The translations under genes were made by a program, and so were the position numbers. This document shows positions 63,216-64,000 of a stretch of DNA of 64,000 bases, one piece after another (within the stretch, counting starts at the first letter, position 1; every line of letters starts with the position of its first letter). Under the pieces are notes generated by a model. The model made no database searches, had not been told where the DNA came from, and saw only the letters and a program-made list of their open reading frames with translations. Origin of the DNA: Camelus dromedarius (lineage: Eukaryota). The stretch lies in NCBI RefSeq assembly GCF_036321535.1, contig NC_087438.1, positions 10,170,001 through 10,234,000 of the forward strand, written 5' to 3'.

Positions 63216-63487
63216 CCTGCTAGATGCAGTGGTGACAAATACACATAGGTCCAGGCGTGACACTCTTGTCCACGTCATGGTCACCTGGCCCTTCAGACCA
63301 GTCTGCCTTGACGATGCTGGTTAAGTTCCTGGAGGTGAGTGTGGGTGGGTCGGAATTCTGTGCCTACATGCTTTCTGCATCTATAGTACTGTAGGCTGGT
63401 ATGAAAGATTACTGTCAGGCCTTGGTAAGAAAGTGTTTCAAACCACCTGGAAGAGGCCTGGGCACAGAGTAGGTAGGTGTTACTGTG

Positions 63488-63629
63488 CGGTCAGCCTTCC
63501 ATACCCCTGGATTCTGCCTCCAGGGTCAACTGTGCTGCACCATTTTATATAAGGGATTTGAGCATCCACTGATTTTGGTATCCATGGGGGGTCCTAGAAC
63601 CATTCTCCCTCATTACCAAGGGACAACTA
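63488..63629 (-). mobile_element. MER2-family Tigger MITE (internally deleted)
   Basis: ccattttatataagggatttgagcatccactgattttggtatccatggggggtcctagaacca...ccaagggacaact. Confidence 0.75.
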
Positions 63630-64000
63630 TATTTGAATACAAATATTTAAATCCAGCTCTTCCTTGATTTGAACCATAGCCACACTCGTCAAAGTTATTT
63701 GATCATTTGCTTTTCAATCTGGCCCATCCTGCTTCGCCAAACAGCTGTCACTCTCATGTCCTTGGACCTAGTCTCCTGACCCCTTTGTGTCCATGGGTGA
63801 ACTGAACTACAGTACTTGTTAACAGAATATGGTCAAACCTTCTGCCCATAAGAGTTGATATCTACATGTTTGTTTCTCTAGACACCTATTTGCTTAACAA
63901 GATCCCCCCCTACCATTTTTTTTTTAATTGAAGTATAGTCAGCTTTTTAACATGACTTTATGTTGTCATGGAATTTAAAAAGTCGTCAGCTCTGTGTTGT

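Larger units (their letters stand above)
1..64000 (+). other. TRIO: TRIO gene body (partial: distal intron 1 to intron 8); exon 1 and exons 9 onward lie outside the window
   Basis: Seven exons with AG/GT boundaries and compatible phases (1,1,2,0,0,0,0,0) join into a 1343-nt stop-free frame. The peptide GFRKNDEMKAMDVLPILKEKVAYLSGGRDKRGG is TRIO-type; KALRN reads GSFRNDGLKASDVLPILKEKVAFVSGG. Confidence 0.97.

Noticed and set aside
260..63667. The many 60-200 aa ORFs in the six-frame track
   Set aside because: Only those overlapping TRIO exons 4, 5, 7 and 8 in frame resemble a known protein. The rest are chance ORFs, antisense shadows of exons or repeat-derived.
1..64000. A novel prokaryote-style system (CRISPR, defence operon, retron)
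   Set aside because: The sequence is a spliced mammalian gene with mammalian repeats. I saw no repeat-spacer array or dense long ORFs.

Overview
Mammalian genomic DNA, very probably a camelid (alpaca/llama/camel), judged from Vic-1-like tRNA SINEs, camelid-type L1 3' ends and a Tigger2a_Art-like element recognised from memory. The whole window lies inside the TRIO gene (Trio Rho guanine nucleotide exchange factor) on the + strand. It holds the 3' part of intron 1 and seven GT-AG coding exons (human exons 2-8; 75/115/193/513/123/192/132 nt). These splice into one open frame encoding the Sec14/CRAL-TRIO domain and the first spectrin repeats. The rest is intron carrying LINE-1, L2, MIR, SINE, LTR and DNA-transposon relics and microsatellites. 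There is no prokaryotic system, CRISPR array or RNA gene, and nearly all ORF-track calls are spurious. The most interesting signal is a CpG-retaining island in intron 1 (about 23966-24263) that looks like an alternative 5' exon. It would add a short hydrophobic N-terminus (MQRLITLLFVLR-G) in frame with exon 2, like the alternative first exons of the paralogue KALRN. Also notable: a twin-primed inverted L1, a sense L1 poly(A) signal just after exon 6, and two close palindromes in intron 2. Repeat family names are from recall and need RepeatMasker/Dfam confirmation.
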